Of a stretch of 13,568 bases of DNA, positions 1-7,759 are shown one piece after another. Source of the DNA: a virus. A program made the translations under genes and the position numbers. Position 1 is the first letter of the stretch; every line of letters begins with the position of its first letter. The notes under the pieces are model-generated. The model had not been told where the DNA came from and made no database searches. It saw only the letters and a program-made list of their open reading frames with translations. The stretch lies in IMG/VR virus record IMGVR_UViG_3300037808_001901. One strand, 5' to 3'.

Positions 1-356
1 GAATCAGGGTTCGACATTAACCTTGTAGCCACGGCTGCTGCTGCGGCTGTTCGCAGTCTTGTAATGTGAGTTGCAGCAAGGATTGCTAAAAGCTCTCCTG
101 TGGTTGCCGAGTTCAGCAAAATGGTTGCCAACACAGTGGGCAACGAATGTTGTTGATTTTCAGGAAAAACACTGACCCATTTAACGCCAGCAATATCCCC
201 TATACGGGCGGGCATCGCTCTAAAGTCTCCTTTAGGACAATCAATGTAGGTTTTCGACACCATTGAAATGTCTGTGGTTTTGAACGCAGTGTCTACGACA
301 TCAATTACTTCCGAAAGGTTCGTTGTATTTTGGCATTGTAGGTCGGTGATTTGCAT
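1..356 (-). CDS. ornithine cyclodeaminase / mu-crystallin family protein, N-terminal part (gene continues past window start)
   Basis: Own minus-strand translation from the ATG at 356-354 gives MQITDLQCQNTTNLSEVIDVVDTAFK..MPARIGDIAGVKWVSVFPEN..GELLAILAATHITRLRTAAAAAVATRLMSNPD. The AGVKW..P and L..L.A...T..RTAA.SA.A-type segments match the N-terminal and nucleotide-binding-region motifs of the OCD/mu-crystallin family. AAGGA lies 7 nt upstream of the ATG and the frame is open to the window edge. Confidence 0.5.
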   Translation of the reverse strand, partial: MQITDLQCQNTTNLSEVIDVVDTAFKTTDISMVSKTYIDCPKGDFRAMPARIGDIAGVKWVSVFPENQQHSLPTVLATILLNSATTGELLAILAATHITRLRTAAAAAVATRLMSNPD

Positions 357-377
357 GACAATTCCTTTTCAAAGGGA

Positions 378-707
378 CTAAACCTCATACTTACCAACAT
401 AGTCCTCAAATAGCAAGGTTTCTTCATATTTGTAGGGCACTGTGTCTACTTCATGATCAAAATTCTCAGGATGCCCATTTAATCGATATACAGCTATTCT
501 TGTGCCTTGCTTGGGGGTTCTTTTGAAAAATACGTTAAGCACTTTCATTCCAAGCTTTTCTTCTTCAACAGACCCATCTTCTCCAAGTTCAATCCACCAT
601 AATTTTGGTGGTACTTGAATGGTAGCTATAACTTCGTCCTCAAGACCATCTCCCGGCCCGCCAAAAAACTCGGCATCAAATCCCCATCCATTTCCTTCCA
701 TCTGCAT
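378..707 (-). CDS. hypothetical protein (109 aa)
   Basis: ATG-initiated ORF. Its ATG shares one nucleotide with the TAA stop of the upstream methyltransferase gene (TAATG at 705-709), which suggests translational coupling. No recognisable motifs. Confidence 0.5.
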   Translation of the reverse strand: MQMEGNGWGFDAEFFGGPGDGLEDEVIATIQVPPKLWWIELGEDGSVEEEKLGMKVLNVFFKRTPKQGTRIAVYRLNGHPENFDHEVDTVPYKYEETLLFEDYVGKYEV

Positions 708-1534
708 TATAATCCGCCTTCTTCGTAAGTTTTCATAAAGAAACTACGGTCAATTGTTTTGTCCCACTCTTCCTTTTCTTTTGGATATGCGAAAATATTT
801 CCCGATACTACAAAGTTGACAACTCCATCGTCATCAACAGTATCAAACACATCTATTTCGTTTCCGTAAAAATTGTCAGAATTAAATAGTGGAGGACGAT
901 GAAACATGTGACTGTAATCGTTCTTGTTTAAAAATTCTATGACCTTCTCTGATTCTTCTTTGCTCTCAGCTTCGATATAGAGAAATGGTCTTGTTCTTTT
1001 AATTGTTTCTGTTGCTCCATTTAGAACGTCTAATTCTTCGCCCTGAACATCTATTTTGATCAAATGAAGGGCAGATAAGCTGAGACTATCAATTGTGCAT
1101 GTAGCAACTGGTATGCATAACATGTCTTCTTTGACTTTATCTGTTGAATTATCCCCGAAGTTGCCTTCTGCCTCGTAGTTTAATACTGGCATTCCACGAA
1201 CTTCGCCACTAACATTACTTGCCAACCTTTGAAATACAGCAGTATTTGTAAGGTTATTGATGGCGACATTGCCGCAAAGGATGTGGTATATGTATTGTTG
1301 TGGCTCAAAAGCCACCATATAGCCCCCAGAACCGATTTTCTGAGCTAATGGGACTGTGATCCCACCTATATTAGCTCCGCAGTCTATGACCACGTTACCG
1401 GGTTCTATGAGGGTCTTAAGAAAAGAAACCTCATGATAAGAGAATTCACCATATAAATCGAAGGATTTCCCAACATATTTGTCTTTGTTGGGGTGAATAA
1501 AAGGTCCGTATCTGCTGTCTTTTACAATATTCAT
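707..1534 (-). CDS. FkbM-family SAM-dependent methyltransferase
   Basis: 275-aa ATG ORF. VIDCGANIGGITVPLAQKIGSGGYMVAFEPQ and LIKIDVQGEELDVLNGA correspond to the glycine-rich SAM-binding motif and the later 'IDVEGxE' motif of FkbM-type methyltransferases. Confidence 0.7.
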   Translation of the reverse strand: MNIVKDSRYGPFIHPNKDKYVGKSFDLYGEFSYHEVSFLKTLIEPGNVVIDCGANIGGITVPLAQKIGSGGYMVAFEPQQYIYHILCGNVAINNLTNTAVFQRLASNVSGEVRGMPVLNYEAEGNFGDNSTDKVKEDMLCIPVATCTIDSLSLSALHLIKIDVQGEELDVLNGATETIKRTRPFLYIEAESKEESEKVIEFLNKNDYSHMFHRPPLFNSDNFYGNEIDVFDTVDDDGVVNFVVSGNIFAYPKEKEEWDKTIDRSFFMKTYEEGGL

Positions 1535-1556
1535 AACCTAGCAGAGTAAGGCTAAT

Positions 1557-1587
1557 AAAAAAACCCAAGGCCAACTTGACCTTGGGT
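1557..1587 (-). terminator. rho-independent terminator (minus strand)
   Basis: 7-bp GC-rich stem CCCAAGG (1564-1570) / CCTTGGG (1581-1587) with a 10-nt loop. On the minus strand it is followed by a T7 run (plus-strand A-run 1557-1563). It lies downstream of the vault-protein gene and the small Met-rich ORF. Confidence 0.6.
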
Positions 1588-1613
1588 TTCGGGACGTGGC
1601 GAGCCTTGTGAGG

Positions 1614-1793
1614 TCACTCGTCGTATTCGTCGTCGTCATCATCATCGTCATCATCCCCCATACCCATCATCATCATCATGGGCATCATGTTCATCATGGG
1701 GTTGGTGCCTTCGCCGCCGCCATTCTGATTCTGCATCATCATGGCCATCAGCATGCCTTTGTCCATACCATCGCCGCCACCTTTGCCCATCAT
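1614..1793 (-). CDS. small low-complexity ORF (59 aa): Met/Gly-rich body with a poly-Asp tail
   Basis: Own translation: MMGKGGGDGMDKGMLMAMMMQNQNGGGEGTNPMMNMMPMMMMMGMGDDDDDDDDDEYDE. The ATG at 1793 lies 6 nt past the MVP stop, in the -1 frame relative to MVP. There is no SD. The His-rich plus-strand ORF 1596-1805 is its mirror image. Confidence 0.3.
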   Translation of the reverse strand: MMGKGGGDGMDKGMLMAMMMQNQNGGGEGTNPMMNMMPMMMMMGMGDDDDDDDDDEYDE

Positions 1794-1798
1794 CGTCG

Positions 1799-4489
1799 TT
1801 ACTGAGGGGCTTGAGTACGTTCAGCACCTCTTGTCAAGGCACCCAAAAATGGTGCCAAGCGTTCCGATCCGCCCAAAATTTGGGTGATCACTTCAACGGC
1901 ACTCTTGCCGCCGATCATTGTCTGGACACTGGTAGCCTCAGCGATCTTGACCGCAACATCATCACGGCTGAGAGCGGTAAGAGCTTCGGTGAATCCACCT
2001 TCCAGAGCAGCGAACTGAGCAATCAAAGCTTCGGAGTCAACCTTCACGCCACCTTGTCGCAATTCTTCAATCGCCACACGACAAGCCTGAGTGTTTGCTT
2101 CCTTGTCTTTGGTTCGACGCATTTCAGCATCATGCGTAACTTGTTCATTGGCAGTTGCTGCCAAAGTAATGTCTTTTCGAGCAACTTCTTGCTCAAGGTC
2201 AGACTTAATCACAGCCAGAGAGTTGGTCAGATTAAGAGTGGTAGTTTCTTGCTGAATTTCAGCTTGGAAACGAACCGTCTCTTGTTTTGCGGTCAACTTC
2301 TCTTTGCTGATTCGCTCATTTTCCACAGTCAACTCAAGGTCACGTTTGGCGTTTTCCAGACTGATGTTCTGGACAACAACGTTCTTTCGAGCTTCGTCGA
2401 GAATCTGAGCAATTCGCTCATCATTCAGTTGAAGATCAAGGACTTCAACGTCAGTGACACGCATACCGTTTTCACTGAAGTACAGACCAGTGAGATCGGT
2501 TTCATCATCAGTGCCATCTTCGGCCTGTTTTGCCAATCGCTTCAACTTGGGGTCTTCTGGATTCTTCACCTTATGAAGAATCGTATCTCGGACAATCGCC
2601 ATACCATTCGTGTAGAACTCTTGAATGGTATTTTGTTTTGCCACACTCTTGAGAATCGACCGGGTGTGGTCGCACAACAGTTTGACGTAATTCTCAACAT
2701 CGAACCAATGTTCTTTGAGTTCTGAATCGAAGTTGACACGATAAGCCAACTTGATCTTAACCTCAATGTTGTCAGAGGTTTCGACGGTAAGCCAATCACT
2801 CACCTTGTTGTTGCTGACACGTAAGTAGACGGTCGGCATCAAGTTGTCAGTGTTTTTCGGCTTGCCCATTGACAATTCGAGAACTTCGAGATTTTCATCG
2901 TAGTCCAGCAAAATGGTCTTGGGGCCAAGTTCGACACGACGTTCGCCAGTCTTACTCACGACCTTGACAGCATAACCTGTCCATAGATCGATAGATGGGA
3001 CATTATCGAACTTACTGCCGACAACAACGGACTTCGGGCCTTTGCGAGCCTGACGACGACCAGCAGCACCACCACGACTTCCAGAAGCTTCGCCCTTTCG
3101 GGTTCGACGACCAGCGTTCTCAAGGTCATCGCTGATTGCTTCAAGACCTTGTGACGAAGTGTGGCCAGCGTAAGAATCGGCTTGACGTGCGAAGTCTTTT
3201 TCGGAGACCAAACCAGATCGACCTGAATTAGATGTTTCCATCATATCTTCAAGTTCGGCATTGTAGGCTGAGACTTCTGCGTTCTCAGGATACATAAGCC
3301 GACATTGACCTTGGCTCAACACACGACGAACAACAAGTTCTTCTCGTGGGTCAGGGAGCAACATCTTGGGGCCGACAATGGTTTCCACATTGCCAGATTC
3401 ACGGTTGAGAAGGTAACGACCTTCACCCTTGGGAATCTGCAAAGCGTAATGCTTGGCATCGGGGCCGAATTGGATGATGGAATGCTCTTTACGTGGGAAG
3501 TAAAGGGCGTTCATTCCGCCAGTGATGAAGATTTCTTCGCCTTCTTTGAAAGACTCGTCGCCATCTTCATAATCTTCGATGACCTTAACATGGATGCCTT
3601 GAGTTTTGTGCAACTCAACGGCTTTGGCCTTTCGGTTTTTGCCTTGTTCCACGAAGGTTTCAGTCGGTTCAGGGAAAACAACTGCTGGTCCACGACAGAA
3701 CCGCTTGTCGCCATTTTCATCGACAAGGATTGTGTGTTCCAGACGTTCAAGCGTAACCGCATCACGAACATAGTTGTTGCCTTCGGGGACAACTTCGACA
3801 CCAGTTGGTGGAATATAGAAACTGCTGTCAGTTCCCTTGATGACGAATAACTTGCCGATGGTCAAATTAAGTTCTTCGGCAGTTGTCGTTGCGTCAATGG
3901 TAGTAGCTTCAGTTTCGCCGTCATTGTTGTCGGCAAGACCACCAGTTTCACCAGCATTAGCTGGCTTGAAGACAGCTTGATCCCAATTTGCCCGTGCTTC
4001 TTCTTCATTGTAAATACGAATGAGAAGATATTGGTTGGACCGTAGGCGATGGCCGGGGATAACGGTCGAGATTTGGCCGGGCCACAAAGCGAAAGTCTTT
4101 GGACCGGGAATGTTAATCTTGCTTCCCATTACAAGAGTCGGGCTGTTTTGTCGATCACTCTCGTTGAATTTGGGGTGTGCTTCATTCTCATTGGACGAGG
4201 GATTTTTGAGAACAATATATTCTCCCTCAGCAGCAATGGGGCACATTCTGACCGAAGCATTCAGATCGCAAGTTCTGAATCGGCCTTCTTCTGCATCGAA
4301 GCCGACTGGACGATCTTGTCCTGTTTGGTTGATCGTACAAGGACCAACACCAACACCAACTCGACCGGACGTTTCGCCTTGCAAATAGGCGTATTCACCG
4401 GGAGCTAAAACTAAGTCACGATCAGCACTTCTGGGTCCACGTTCTCCACCGCCTTGCATGTTACTTCTCCGAAAGTTAGGGGTTTTCAT
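1799..4489 (-). CDS. mvp: major vault protein (MVP) homolog, 896 aa
   Basis: The 896-aa ATG ORF aligns by eye along its whole length with eukaryotic MVP. N-terminal vault repeats: PGEYAYL..VGVGPCT vs PPYHYIH..VEVGPKT; GEYIVLKNP vs HYCTVANP; SFYIPPTGVEVV vs GTYIPRKEVEVV. Shoulder: LAYRVNFD vs LAYNWHFEV; NYVKLLCDHTRSILKSVA vs DFVGDACKAIASRVRGAV. This is followed by a long Ala/Glu/Gln-rich coiled-coil cap-helix segment. An alternative start at Met11 (ATG 4459) has a better SD (GGAGAAG). Confidence 0.85.
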   Translation of the reverse strand: MKTPNFRRSNMQGGGERGPRSADRDLVLAPGEYAYLQGETSGRVGVGVGPCTINQTGQDRPVGFDAEEGRFRTCDLNASVRMCPIAAEGEYIVLKNPSSNENEAHPKFNESDRQNSPTLVMGSKINIPGPKTFALWPGQISTVIPGHRLRSNQYLLIRIYNEEEARANWDQAVFKPANAGETGGLADNNDGETEATTIDATTTAEELNLTIGKLFVIKGTDSSFYIPPTGVEVVPEGNNYVRDAVTLERLEHTILVDENGDKRFCRGPAVVFPEPTETFVEQGKNRKAKAVELHKTQGIHVKVIEDYEDGDESFKEGEEIFITGGMNALYFPRKEHSIIQFGPDAKHYALQIPKGEGRYLLNRESGNVETIVGPKMLLPDPREELVVRRVLSQGQCRLMYPENAEVSAYNAELEDMMETSNSGRSGLVSEKDFARQADSYAGHTSSQGLEAISDDLENAGRRTRKGEASGSRGGAAGRRQARKGPKSVVVGSKFDNVPSIDLWTGYAVKVVSKTGERRVELGPKTILLDYDENLEVLELSMGKPKNTDNLMPTVYLRVSNNKVSDWLTVETSDNIEVKIKLAYRVNFDSELKEHWFDVENYVKLLCDHTRSILKSVAKQNTIQEFYTNGMAIVRDTILHKVKNPEDPKLKRLAKQAEDGTDDETDLTGLYFSENGMRVTDVEVLDLQLNDERIAQILDEARKNVVVQNISLENAKRDLELTVENERISKEKLTAKQETVRFQAEIQQETTTLNLTNSLAVIKSDLEQEVARKDITLAATANEQVTHDAEMRRTKDKEANTQACRVAIEELRQGGVKVDSEALIAQFAALEGGFTEALTALSRDDVAVKIAEATSVQTMIGGKSAVEVITQILGGSERLAPFLGALTRGAERTQAPQ

Positions 4490-4511
4490 TCAATGGGTTT
4501 TGTTTCTGCGA

Positions 4512-4541
4512 CCATTGTACGAAAATTTTCGGCAAAGTAAA
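4512..4541 (-). promoter_or_regulatory. conserved sigma70-like promoter motif, copy 1 (minus strand), upstream of the MVP gene
   Basis: Minus-strand reading: TTTACT(-35, 4541-4536)-16 nt-TACAAT(-10, 4519-4514). 25 of 30 positions are identical in all three copies (4512-4541, 8665-8695, 10251-10280), including the invariant CCATTGTACGAAAA block. It sits 23 nt upstream of the MVP ATG. Confidence 0.55.
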
Positions 4542-4550
4542 ATCAGGTTC

Positions 4551-5120
4551 TCAAAGTAATTCATCGATATTGAACAAAGAGCTAAATTTGATGTTGTGTT
4601 CCTCAAATAGCTCATTTGCCCCAGCGTTTCGATCCACAACAGAGATTACCTCTGAGATAGTACAACCAAATTCCTGAACGATTTCACACGCCCGCAAGAG
4701 ACTGCCACCGCTGGTTGTCACGTCTTCTACGATAACACAGTGGTCATCTTCCTTTACGCTTCCAATGACAAGATCGTTAATCCCATGACCTTTTTGTTCT
4801 TTTCGGACTAAAAAGCCTCGAAGGTAGTGATTTGGATGACTGGCTCTTATTTGAAGCATGCCGCCAACAATGGGATCGGCACCAACGCATGGTCCGCCAA
4901 TCGCATCTATATCGAATGGGTGTTGCTGCTTGTCAGAAAGCACATCGCACAAACAATGACTGATCAGCCGAAGACCTTCACTCTGTAGGGTCACCTGTCG
5001 TAGATCAATGTAGTAGGAAGATTTTGCACCACTTTTAAGGACAAAATCCCCATGCTTAATCGCTTGGGTCTGAATCAAGTTCTTCAATAATGTCTTCGAG
5101 GATTTGGAATCCGCCTTCAT
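4551..5120 (-). CDS. pyrE: orotate phosphoribosyltransferase
   Basis: 189 aa. FVLKSGAKSSYYIDLR matches the OPRTase N-terminal FxLxSGxxSPYYxD motif. VIVEDVTTSGGS is the type I PRTase PRPP-binding motif. GGAG lies 10 nt upstream of the ATG. Confidence 0.8.
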   Translation of the reverse strand: MKADSKSSKTLLKNLIQTQAIKHGDFVLKSGAKSSYYIDLRQVTLQSEGLRLISHCLCDVLSDKQQHPFDIDAIGGPCVGADPIVGGMLQIRASHPNHYLRGFLVRKEQKGHGINDLVIGSVKEDDHCVIVEDVTTSGGSLLRACEIVQEFGCTISEVISVVDRNAGANELFEEHNIKFSSLFNIDELL

Positions 5121-5499
5121 CTTGCACTATCTCCATTTTCTTTATCACGTTGCTTATTTCTTGGAATTGGATGGTCACATTGTGCCACACATCAGTTGCT
5201 TGCTTGGACGTTATCCAAGTCGCATAATTCTTCTCAGAAGGCTTTGAAGGTGCTTCTCTCTCAAACATCAGACCATGTTTGATCTGACTTTTTAAAACCT
5301 TTTCGTAAACATCATCTTCAATTTCACAAGAAAAATGGGTTTTGGTGTCAACAGCCCCATTTGCTTGCATTTTACGAAGGTTTTTATGAATGTATTGGAT
5401 ACGTGACTTTTCATTTAAATGAAGACTATATGTGCTCTTAACGAGACCATGTTCCTCATCCGTCAACGTTCTCCAAACTTGGCATATTAATTTCTTCAT
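5056..5499 (-). CDS. hypothetical protein (147 aa), acidic C-terminal tail
   Basis: ATG ORF. Its 3' end overlaps the pyrE start by 65 nt in another frame. No recognisable motif. Confidence 0.45.
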   Translation of the reverse strand: MKKLICQVWRTLTDEEHGLVKSTYSLHLNEKSRIQYIHKNLRKMQANGAVDTKTHFSCEIEDDVYEKVLKSQIKHGLMFEREAPSKPSEKNYATWITSKQATDVWHNVTIQFQEISNVIKKMEIVQDEGGFQILEDIIEELDSDPSD

Positions 5500-6034
5500 A
5501 TCTCAGTAGCTTTATAACCTGAAACGCATCTTCAAGGGCAGTGTGGGTTACTTCACCCTTAATGCCTGCTCTCTCCATGCATGTCTTTAAGTTAGGAATC
5601 TTTTCATCAACGCTAGGTTGCCAAAAACGCATAGCTGGGTCAATACATCTGTGGGCAAACTGACTTTTATCGAAGTTGGGTAATTTTTTCATGAAATTCA
5701 TATCGAAGCTCATGAAGTTTTTACCAGCTATTGTTGCTTTTTCATCTTCAAAGTGTTTTGCGATCCATAATTGGAAAGCACCAGCCACAGTAGTTATGGG
5801 TTCATATCGCCAACCTTCTGGGCGATGATGTAGTTTGCTGAAGATATCAGCGTGCATGTGAAGAGCATATGGCTCTCCAGAATAATATGGGTGAACCACA
5901 TAACAATGAAAAGTCGGGAGCTTATCGACAGGAGTTTCGTAACTCGTATCGTCAACTACAGCACCGATTTCAATAATTTGGCAATATTCTTCGTCTAAAC
6001 CTGTGGTCTCTAAATCAATTGATACATATTTCAT
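5456..6034 (-). CDS. DEDDh-family 3'-5' exonuclease (DnaQ/RNase T/oligoribonuclease-like)
   Basis: 192 aa. Exo I motif IDLETTGLD occurs within 10 residues of the N-terminus. Exo III motif HTALEDAFQVIKLL (H-x4-D) near the C-terminus. An FD-containing Exo II-like segment lies in between. Confidence 0.75.
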   Translation of the reverse strand: MKYVSIDLETTGLDEEYCQIIEIGAVVDDTSYETPVDKLPTFHCYVVHPYYSGEPYALHMHADIFSKLHHRPEGWRYEPITTVAGAFQLWIAKHFEDEKATIAGKNFMSFDMNFMKKLPNFDKSQFAHRCIDPAMRFWQPSVDEKIPNLKTCMERAGIKGEVTHTALEDAFQVIKLLRYEEINMPSLENVDG

Positions 6035-6300
6035 TATTTCTTCTTTTTATTTTTTCTTTTGGTAAGTTCTTTTTCGAACTTATCAATTATATCTTGATCT
6101 GCTATTTTTTTCAATACTGTTAAAAATAAGGTCAATTCACCGTCTAGCTCTTCTATTTGAAGACCACGTTTATGAATTGTCTTGGCTTGACGAGTTTGAC
6201 AAGCTAAAAGGTCTTTTATAACACCTTGAGGATCGCTTTTGCATCTGCTCTGAAACGGACTTGGATCACTCATCAGCGGTGTCTCCGGTATTACTGGCAT
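6034..6300 (-). CDS. hypothetical protein (88 aa), poly-Lys C-terminus
   Basis: ATG ORF. Its stop is adjacent to the exonuclease start. It overlaps the upstream lipoprotein gene by 35 nt. Confidence 0.4.
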   Translation of the reverse strand: MPVIPETPLMSDPSPFQSRCKSDPQGVIKDLLACQTRQAKTIHKRGLQIEELDGELTLFLTVLKKIADQDIIDKFEKELTKRKNKKKK

Positions 6301-6583
6301 TCATCTTTTCCTCAGCTTCTTTCAATTTAACAACAGCAAATTCAAGTTGTTCTCTATATGCTCCAACTTCTTCGGCTGATGAAAAAGAAACCTTAACGTG
6401 ATTACCACAATGGTTCTTGTAGTAAATCTCAATTGAAGATTCTTTGTTGGTCTCTTCAACTGTGACTGTAACTGAGGGTGCTGGTGGTGGAGGCGGAGTT
6501 TCTGGCCTTTCACACCCTGCTACAAGTAAAACAACAATTGCTGCCAAAGAAACAAGTTCGGCCCATAATGGCTTATTCATCAT
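6266..6583 (-). CDS. predicted lipoprotein with proline-rich linker (105 aa)
   Basis: N-terminus MMNKPLWAELVSLAAIVVLLVAGC has a hydrophobic h-region plus the lipobox L-V-A-G-C. The Cys is followed by ERPETPPPPPAPS and then a small C-terminal domain. ATGA overlap with the stop of the upstream gene (6580-6583). Confidence 0.6.
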   Translation of the reverse strand: MMNKPLWAELVSLAAIVVLLVAGCERPETPPPPPAPSVTVTVEETNKESSIEIYYKNHCGNHVKVSFSSAEEVGAYREQLEFAVVKLKEAEEKMNASNTGDTADE

Positions 6584-7167
6584 ATTGCCTCAAATCGGAA
6601 CATCATTTCGTGTACGATCTTTTGAGGATCGAACATTATGCCAGCGTCATCCATTGTGAATTGTTTGTCCCACTTGTCTGTCGCTTCCCAAGTTGGGTCA
6701 ATAAGCTCAGGCTTATTCTTCTTAACCCATGCCTCTAGGAATTCGCAGTCAGTGTCTTCATCATTGCCAATCGCAGCTTTATCCTTGTAATTCCAAACGT
6801 TGCCTTCTTTGGGAATATACGCTCGGAAAGTTTTACCATCTTGGTCAAGATAAACAATGAACTTAATGGGATATTCCCAATCGCCACCAGCAGACCAGCC
6901 AATGAGAGAGAATTGGGTTAAAGGAGATCGAGTCCAAAAAGTTCGTGGGCCTAAGATGCTACACTCAGCCCCGAATTCTTCGTGATCATAAGAGTAATTC
7001 TCAAAGTCAAATTGGACCTTATCAAGATCACTCTGGAATTTTGGACCTAAGCAGTCGAATTCGTAAGGACTAATCCCTTTGCCGCCAAATTTTTCATGGA
7101 ACATTTCCAAGAGTTGGCTGGGATTAACACGTTTAGTCGAACAGGCTTTACGTCTGGCTTTTGGCAT
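6580..7167 (-). CDS. hypothetical protein (195 aa)
   Basis: ATG ORF. It overlaps the upstream gene by 20 nt. No recognisable motif. Confidence 0.5.
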   Translation of the reverse strand: MPKARRKACSTKRVNPSQLLEMFHEKFGGKGISPYEFDCLGPKFQSDLDKVQFDFENYSYDHEEFGAECSILGPRTFWTRSPLTQFSLIGWSAGGDWEYPIKFIVYLDQDGKTFRAYIPKEGNVWNYKDKAAIGNDEDTDCEFLEAWVKKNKPELIDPTWEATDKWDKQFTMDDAGIMFDPQKIVHEMMFRFEAI

Positions 7168-7756
7168 GAACTTCTTCCCACATTAGGAATGCTTCTGATT
7201 CAAGTGCGTGAATCAAACCTTTTGATTCATCCGTTAACTCTTGTGTGTATTCTGGAAGCACAGATGCGGCTCTTACAAGAGAATGTGATTTTATAACTTC
7301 CTCATTAAAATCGTAGCCCGCTTCACTAAGGAAATGGGCCAAACAATCTCTCAAGTTTTCCGTGGTTCCAACAAGATCACAAACCTCTAACAGCCCTTTG
7401 TATCTGGATGTTAAAAATGGGTGATTCCCGTTGCATTCTCTTTGGGTGACGTTTTCAACAAATCGATTAAGATCGTCACTCCAAGCATCTTCTCCCCAAA
7501 GTCTTGTGCAGAACTTCCTACTTCCGTTCAGGAGATAGAAAGCGTGAAATGATTTGTACCATGCGTGTGGATGGCGAAAGACTGTAGCTGTTAAGAATGC
7601 AGGATCGTTGGTTATTTTCTCAACTGCATCTTCAACATTTTTTCTTTCGAAAAGTTTTCTGAGAACGTGATTAACAAAAGAGCCACCATGTTTTGAAACG
7701 TGGTAGAACTTGAGTCTCTTTCCTTCTTTGAGTGGAGAATAATATCTTACATTCAT
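7148..7756 (-). CDS. putative sulfotransferase-like protein (202 aa)
   Basis: KFYHVSKHGGSF resembles the 5'-phosphosulfate-binding F-x-H-[IV]-P-K-[TS]-G-G-[TS] loop of Sulfotransfer_2-type enzymes. The start is set at the internal ATG 7756 because the longer ORF (to 7798) would run into the tRNA at 7760-7863. The ATG lies 3 nt after the tRNA 3' end. Confidence 0.45.
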   Translation of the reverse strand: MNVRYYSPLKEGKRLKFYHVSKHGGSFVNHVLRKLFERKNVEDAVEKITNDPAFLTATVFRHPHAWYKSFHAFYLLNGSRKFCTRLWGEDAWSDDLNRFVENVTQRECNGNHPFLTSRYKGLLEVCDLVGTTENLRDCLAHFLSEAGYDFNEEVIKSHSLVRAASVLPEYTQELTDESKGLIHALESEAFLMWEEVHAKSQT

Positions 7757-7759
7757 GAG

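Noticed and set aside
1596-1805. His-rich plus-strand ORF (GTG start) MASLVRSLVVFVVVIIIVIIPHTHHHHH...
   Set aside because: It is the reverse-complement mirror of the Met/Asp-rich minus ORF (ATG/CAT and GAC/GTC repeats). The GTG start, the lack of an SD and the opposite orientation to every neighbour make the minus-strand reading the better candidate, itself uncertain.
1811-4408. Plus-strand ORFs 1811-2725, 3305-3850, 4020-4388 and 4049-4408, and minus ORFs 2566-2799, 2956-3144 and 3511-3801
   Set aside because: All lie inside or antisense to the 896-aa MVP gene, whose full-length alignment to vault protein leaves no room for them. They are shadow ORFs of a long gene.
6322-6738. ORFs 6322-6513 (minus), 6444-6659 (plus) and 6478-6738 (plus)
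   Set aside because: They are embedded in or antisense to the lipoprotein gene and the 195-aa gene. They have no RBS and show frame shadowing.
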